This document shows positions 33,112 through 37,549 of a stretch of DNA of 37,549 nucleotides, in pieces. This DNA is from Solirubrobacterales bacterium (GTDB taxonomy: Bacteria; Actinomycetota; Thermoleophilia; Solirubrobacterales; 70-9). The position numbers were made by a program, and so were the translations under genes. The notes below the pieces were generated by a model. It saw only the letters and a program-made list of their open reading frames with translations. It was not told the DNA's origin and ran no database searches. The stretch spans positions 1-37,549 of the forward strand of contig DATCBF010000178.1 in NCBI GenBank assembly GCA_036512025.1. Direction: 5' to 3'. The number at the start of each line of letters is the position of its first letter. Position 1 is the first letter of the stretch.

Positions 33112-33429
33112 TTAGAAGCCCAAGGCGAACTTCGCATCATCCGTCATCATCTCCGGCGACCAGGCTGGGTCGAAGACCATCTTCGGATGGACCGCGTCGA
33201 CTCCCTCGAGGTCGCCGACGAACTCTTTCATCTGCTCGGAGACCTGGGGGCCGATCGGGCAGGCGGGGGTCGTGAGGGTGAAGGTGACGTAGACGTCGGC
33301 TCCCTCGATCTCGACGTCGTAGACGAGGCCGAGGGAGACGAAGTCAAGCCCCAGCTCGGGATCGATGACCTCCTCCAGCGCCTCGATCACGTCATCTTCG
33401 GTCAGCACGGCGGTTGTGTTCTCAGTCAT
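33112..33429 (-). CDS. sufT: DUF59 / SufT-like (MIP18 family) Fe-S assembly protein
   Basis: 105 aa with VIEALEEVIDPELGLDFVSLGLVYDV...TLTTPACP, the DUF59 signature. Confidence 0.85.
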   Translation of the reverse strand: MTENTTAVLTEDDVIEALEEVIDPELGLDFVSLGLVYDVEIEGADVYVTFTLTTPACPIGPQVSEQMKEFVGDLEGVDAVHPKMVFDPAWSPEMMTDDAKFALGF

Positions 33430-33432
33430 CGG

Positions 33433-33999
33433 TCAATGGTAGCCGGGCGACGGCGGCAGGTCGGGCGGGAGCGGCTCGGGGGGCGGTCCAGCGACTGCCG
33501 GCGCCAGCTCCAGCTGCCATAGACCGACATCGCGCCAGGCGCCCGCCTTCCAGCCGATACGGCGGCTGACGCCAACGGGGACGAAGCCGAGGCGCTCGTG
33601 CAGCTCGACGCTGGCCTGGTTGGGCAAGGTGATGCCGGCGCAGGCAACCTGGAAGCGGCGGCGGCGGAGATGTGCGAGAAGGGCTTCGTAGAGGCTCCTG
33701 CCGTGACCGTGGCCACGATGCTCGGCTGCGACATAGACCGAGACGTCGACGGCCCAGCGGTAGGCGGGGCGCTCGCGATACCCGCAGGCGTAGGCATAGC
33801 CGAGCGCCTCTCCCCCCTGCTCGGCGACAAGCCATGCGTGGGTCGCCGAGATCCGCTCGATCCGCGCCGCCATCTCCGCGGCGCTCGGGGCTCGCTCCTC
33901 GAAGGAGGTGGCGCCCGACTCGACGTGCGGCGCGTAGATCGCCGCGCAGGTGGCGGCGTCGCGCTCAGGATCGGCGTCGCGAATCCTCGAGGAGCTCAT
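33433..33999 (-). CDS. GNAT N-acetyltransferase, phosphinothricin/methionine-sulfoximine acetyltransferase-like
   Basis: IYAPHVESGATSFEERAPSAAEMAARI...VYVAAEHRGHGHGRSLYEALL...NQASVELHERLGF. ATG at 33999; a GTG at 34002 is also possible. Confidence 0.8.
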   Translation of the reverse strand: MSSSRIRDADPERDAATCAAIYAPHVESGATSFEERAPSAAEMAARIERISATHAWLVAEQGGEALGYAYACGYRERPAYRWAVDVSVYVAAEHRGHGHGRSLYEALLAHLRRRRFQVACAGITLPNQASVELHERLGFVPVGVSRRIGWKAGAWRDVGLWQLELAPAVAGPPPEPLPPDLPPSPGYH

Positions 34000-34058
34000 C
34001 ACCGCAATCTAGAGGCCCGCTCCGCACGACTCCTTTTCGCGTCAATAGGCTCCCGGCG

Positions 34059-34448
34059 ATGAGCGACTCGGCCCAGATCGTGCGGCGCTCGATCGGCATC
34101 GTCTTCGCCGACGGCGGCCTGCTGGCGCTAAGCGCTGTGCGGCCCTCGGGAGCCGGCGGCCACGGTGAGGAGGAGCTGACCGCGGTGCTCTGCGATCCCG
34201 ACGGCGCCCCGGTCGAGGTCGCCGAGGCGCTGCTCTCGACCGAGTACGGCAGCGACGGCGTGCAGCGCCGGGCGACGCTGGAGCTGTGGCCCGACGGCGA
34301 CGGGCCGCCGCTGCGCGGCGCCGGGGCGCTGATCAGCGCCCACCCGGTGCGGCGCCCTGGGCTGAGATCGGAGATCGCCTTCTTCCGCTGGGCGGTCGAG
34401 GGTCGCGAGGGCCTCGGCCACTACGAGATCGTGCGGGACGATGGCTGA
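34059..34448 (+). CDS. Hypothetical protein
   Basis: 129 aa from the ATG at 34059. Coding-like GC3. Overlaps the HAD gene start by 8 nt. The longer track ORF from 33672 is antisense to the GNAT gene. Confidence 0.5.
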   Translation: MSDSAQIVRRSIGIVFADGGLLALSAVRPSGAGGHGEEELTAVLCDPDGAPVEVAEALLSTEYGSDGVQRRATLELWPDGDGPPLRGAGALISAHPVRRPGLRSEIAFFRWAVEGREGLGHYEIVRDDG

Positions 34449-35085
34449 GATCGAGGCGATCGTCTCCGACTTCGGCGGCGTCCTGACCACGCCGCTGCTC
34501 GGATCCTTCATGGCCTTCCAGGACAAGACCGGGATCTCGACCGAAAACCTCGGCAAGGCGATGCAGGCGGCGACTGAGGCCGACGGGGAGAACCCGCTGT
34601 TCGCGATGGAGCGTGGCGAGATCACCGAGGCAGCCTTCCTCGACCGCCTGGCCGACGCCCTCGCGCCGTTGCTCGGCCACCGCCCGGAACTGCACCGCTT
34701 CAAAGAGATCTACTTCGAGGCGCTGCAGCCAAACGAGCCGATGATCGAGCTGATGCGGGAGCTGAAGGCAGGCGGCAAGCGGATGGCGATGCTGACCAAC
34801 AACGTGCGCGAGTGGGAGCCGCTCTGGAAAGCGATGCTGCCCGTGGACGAGATCTTCGAGCTGGTGGTCGACTCGGCCTTCGTCAGCCTGCGCAAGCCCG
34901 AACCGGCGATCTACGAGCTGACCCTGGAGCGCTTCGGCATGCCCGCCGAGTCCTGCCTCTTCGTCGACGACCTCGCCCACAACTGCGAGGGCGCCCGCAA
35001 GGCGGGAATGAGCGCGGTCCACTTCCGCGAAAACGAGCAGGCGATCGCCGAGATCCGTGCCGCGGTCGGCGACGGGCTCCTCTAG
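34441..35085 (+). CDS. HAD-superfamily hydrolase (subfamily IA)
   Basis: Motif I is VSDFGGVL, motif II MLTNN, and motifs III/IV K...FVDDLAHNCEGARKAGM. Confidence 0.85.
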   Translation: MAEIEAIVSDFGGVLTTPLLGSFMAFQDKTGISTENLGKAMQAATEADGENPLFAMERGEITEAAFLDRLADALAPLLGHRPELHRFKEIYFEALQPNEPMIELMRELKAGGKRMAMLTNNVREWEPLWKAMLPVDEIFELVVDSAFVSLRKPEPAIYELTLERFGMPAESCLFVDDLAHNCEGARKAGMSAVHFRENEQAIAEIRAAVGDGLL

Positions 35086-35537
35086 TTGTCGGAGCCGGCG
35101 CGGTCCCAGATATAGAGCTCTACGGCCTCTACGGCGAGCTCCATCTGGCGCGGCGGCGAGAGCAGGCCCAGGACCAGCTCCAGAGCGTCTTCTTCGGTGA
35201 CGCCGGCGTCGACCGCCTCCTCGCCACGGAAGCCGGCGGCGAGTTTCATCGCCTCACGGCGATTCTCGCCGAGGGAGCCGAAGGCGCCCATCAGGAAGTC
35301 GCGGTTGGGGACGGGGTGACCGACCTCGAGCGAGCCGTGCCAGGCGGCGAGCATCGAGAGATCGTGCTCGTCCAGCTCCGAGAGCGCCTTGGCGTAATGG
35401 GTCTCCAGCTCGTGGTCGGGAATCTCGTCGACCCAAGACCGGACTGCCTCGCCCAACAGCTGGCGGCGGGCCTCACGGCCCACGGAGTCGGCGATCGCGC
35501 GGATCGCGTCGGCTGGGTCTACAAAGCAGAGCGCCAT
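35082..35537 (-). CDS. Hypothetical acidic protein
   Basis: 151 aa from the ATG at 35537. Coding-like GC3. No SD and no recognisable family. Confidence 0.45.
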   Translation of the reverse strand: MALCFVDPADAIRAIADSVGREARRQLLGEAVRSWVDEIPDHELETHYAKALSELDEHDLSMLAAWHGSLEVGHPVPNRDFLMGAFGSLGENRREAMKLAAGFRGEEAVDAGVTEEDALELVLGLLSPPRQMELAVEAVELYIWDRAGSDN

Positions 35538-35638
35538 ACGTGGGAGGCAATTTAGAGGGGCCGGTAGACGGCAAAGCGGTGTCGCAATGCCGCATTTTGC
35601 GGCGCGGGCGCGCCGGGGCGGTCCATAGTCTGGGAGGG

Positions 35639-37549
35639 GTGCCACTGAACCTGATCCACGGGCCCCCGAACTCCGGGCGGGCGGGCCTCATCCGCGGCCG
35701 ATTCGAAGCCGCGTCCGATCACGACCCGGTGCTGGTCGTGCCCAACATGGACGACGTCTTCAGCTTCGAGCGGGAGCTGTGCGCGGAGGGCGCCGCGCTT
35801 GGTGGCTCGGTGATGACCTTCGGCGCCTTGTTCGGAGCGGTGGCGACCGGCGGCGGCGCCCCTCCCGGCGCCGAGCTCTCGGCGGTGCAGCGGCTGCGGG
35901 TGGTCGCGATCGCGATCGCGGATCGGCGTGGCAGCCTCGGGCCGCTGCGGCGTTCCGCCGAGCGGCCGGGGTTCGCGCCCGCCTTCGAGCGACTGCTCGA
36001 CGAGCTGCAGGCGGCGGGACTGGAGCCGGGCGACGTCGAGGCCGGCGCCGGCACGCTGGAGGGCTCCGCCTACCTCAGCGACCTGACCGATCTCTTCGCC
36101 GCCTATGCCCGGGCGCGCGAGCGCAGCGGGCGCATCGACTCACACCAGGTCGCCCGTGAGGCGATCGCGCTACTGAGGAGCGACGGGTCCTTCTGGCGGC
36201 GGCCCGTCTTCCTCTACGGGCTCGACGACCTGACCCGGAACCAGTTCGAGCTGATCGCCGCGCTGGCCCGGACCACCGCGGTGACGGTGGCGCTTCCCTT
36301 CGAGCGGGAAAACTCGGCGCTGGTCGCCCGGGCCGGGATGCTCGCGCGGCTGCGCGAGGGAATCGGCGCCGACGAGGAGACGGCGATCGAGGCCAACCCC
36401 GCGAACACGGACAGCCCCCTGCTCTTCCATCTCGAGCGGAGCTTCGGCGCCACCGAGCCGAGCAGGCGAGCGCCCGACGGGAACCTGACGCTGCTGCGCT
36501 CCGCCGGGGCCCGGGGCGAAGCCGAATCGATCGCCGCCGAGGTGGCGAGGCTGATCCACGGCGGCGCCGACCCCGATCAGATCGCGATCGCACAGCGCGA
36601 CCCGGCGCGGCGTGGCCCGCTGCTTGCGGCGGTGATGGAGTCCTACGGCATCGCCGTGGCGCTGGAGGCGGAGCTTCCGGTCGCCACCACCGCCGTCGGC
36701 GGCGGCCTGATCGCCCTGCTCGAAGCCGAGTTCGGCGGTGGCCGGGCAAGCGACGTGTTGCGCTTCCTTCGCGGCCCCTCCGGCGTCTCCCCGCGGCGGG
36801 TCGACTGGCTGGAGCGATCGGCGCGCCGCGGGCGAGCGCAGACCGCGGCCGATGTGCTGGAGCTGCGGCAGGAGGGTGAAGAGCTGCCACGCGATCTGGC
36901 GAGGGTTCGGGAGGCTGCCGGGCGCTCGTCCGCGGCGCTGCTGGAAGAGGTCGGGCGACTGGCAGCGACGATGGCCTCGCGGCCCCTGCGCGGGAAGGGA
37001 GACGGGCCGCGGCCGGAGGAGGGCGAGGGGATCGAGCTGCGCGCCGCGGCGGCGATCTCAGCCGCCCTCGCCGACCTGGTGGCTCTCGGCGGGCCTGCCC
37101 CCGCCCCCGCTGAGCTCGCGGCGACGATCGAAGGCATCTCGTTCCGGGCCTGGAGCGGCCCGGTCGAGGGAAGGGTGCGGATCGCCAGCCCCTACCGGCT
37201 GCGCGCGGGGCGCTTCGACCACGTCTTCGTCGGCTCACTGCAGGACGGCGAGTTCCCGCGCCGCGACCGCGGCGGCGATCCCTTCCTCTCCGAGGCTCAG
37301 CGCACCGTCCTGGGCCTGGATCCCCGCCGCGACAGCGAGGCCGAGGAGCGCTACCTCTTCTACGTCTGCATCGGGCTGTCCCGCAAGCGGCTCTTCCTCT
37401 CCTACCGCGACTGCGACGAGAGCGGTGGCGCCGAAGCGCCCTCGCCGCTGCTCGACGACATCCGCCGCCTGCTCGACCCGGCGCCGGGTGGTGAGGGCCC
37501 GGACTCCGTCGAGGAGGCGATTCTGCGCGGTCGTGACCTGGCAGATGTC
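35639..37549 (+). CDS. AddB/AdnA-like helicase-nuclease subunit (UvrD-like fold, degenerate P-loop); 3' end beyond the window
   Basis: An open frame runs without a stop from GTG 35639 to the window edge, so it is absent from the ORF track. Motifs are LIHGPPNSGRAG, RRPVFLYGLDDLT, SPYRLRAGRFDHVFVGSLQDGEFP and EERYLFYVCIGLSRKRLFLSY. The start is uncertain. Confidence 0.6.
   Translation, partial: MPLNLIHGPPNSGRAGLIRGRFEAASDHDPVLVVPNMDDVFSFERELCAEGAALGGSVMTFGALFGAVATGGGAPPGAELSAVQRLRVVAIAIADRRGSLGPLRRSAERPGFAPAFERLLDELQAAGLEPGDVEAGAGTLEGSAYLSDLTDLFAAYARARERSGRIDSHQVAREAIALLRSDGSFWRRPVFLYGLDDLTRNQFELIAALARTTAVTVALPFERENSALVARAGMLARLREGIGADEETAIEANPANTDSPLLFHLERSFGATEPSRRAPDGNLTLLRSAGARGEAESIAAEVARLIHGGADPDQIAIAQRDPARRGPLLAAVMESYGIAVALEAELPVATTAVGGGLIALLEAEFGGGRASDVLRFLRGPSGVSPRRVDWLERSARRGRAQTAADVLELRQEGEELPRDLARVREAAGRSSAALLEEVGRLAATMASRPLRGKGDGPRPEEGEGIELRAAAAISAALADLVALGGPAPAPAELAATIEGISFRAWSGPVEGRVRIASPYRLRAGRFDHVFVGSLQDGEFPRRDRGGDPFLSEAQRTVLGLDPRRDSEAEERYLFYVCIGLSRKRLFLSYRDCDESGGAEAPSPLLDDIRRLLDPAPGGEGPDSVEEAILRGRDLADV

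Larger units (their letters stand above)
27214..33150. mobile_element. ~5.9 kb integrated defence islet (Abi_C/HEPN gene plus type II CBASS-like operon) bounded by direct repeats of the sufT-like 3' end; no integrase seen
   Basis: Direct imperfect repeats lie at 27214-27255 and 33112-33152. Short arm-like repeats flank the left copy. The cargo is exclusively defence-type genes, with composition slightly below the backbone. Confidence 0.5.

Noticed and set aside
33422-33835. Overlapping minus-strand ORFs 33422-33835 and 33426-33830, and plus-strand ORFs 33598-34062 and 33672-34448 (5' part).
   Set aside because: These are off-frame or antisense readings of the GNAT gene, Arg/Pro/Ala-rich. Only the 34059-34448 portion of the last ORF is retained as a gene.

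Overview
High-G+C (by eye roughly 65-70%) bacterial chromosome segment that looks Actinomycetota-like; the taxon cannot be confirmed without a search. The backbone is housekeeping. It holds a dispersed SUF Fe-S assembly cluster: Rrf2 regulator-sufC-sufS, sufU, Rieske-sufB-sufD, and a DUF59/SufT-like gene about 25 kb away. Other backbone genes are htpX, ispH, a WS/DGAT acyltransferase, fxsA, a GNAT, a HAD hydrolase and a partial AddB/AdnA-like helicase-nuclease gene at the right edge. Two visibly lower-G+C accessory stretches interrupt it. The first (about 15.0-19.5 kb) carries two paralogous wHTH regulators and two secreted proteins. The second (about 22.45-33.1 kb) starts with a decaying cluster of S1-protease-like genes (one with two frameshifts, one truncated), a DUF2007 membrane protein and a VanY/M15-like remnant. 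It ends in a compact ~5.9 kb defence islet. The islet holds an Abi_C/HEPN gene and a five-gene type II CBASS-like operon: TIR-SAVED effector, CD-NTase, separate E2 and E1 genes, and a JAB protease. The islet is bracketed by two diverged copies of the last 12 codons of the DUF59/SufT gene, differing only at synonymous positions. GGGGAC-type short repeats flank the displaced copy. This is the signature of site-specific integration into the 3' end of that gene, yet no integrase or tRNA is visible. I found no rRNA, tRNA or CRISPR array. All calls rest on reading the ORF translations and the raw sequence; no database search was possible.
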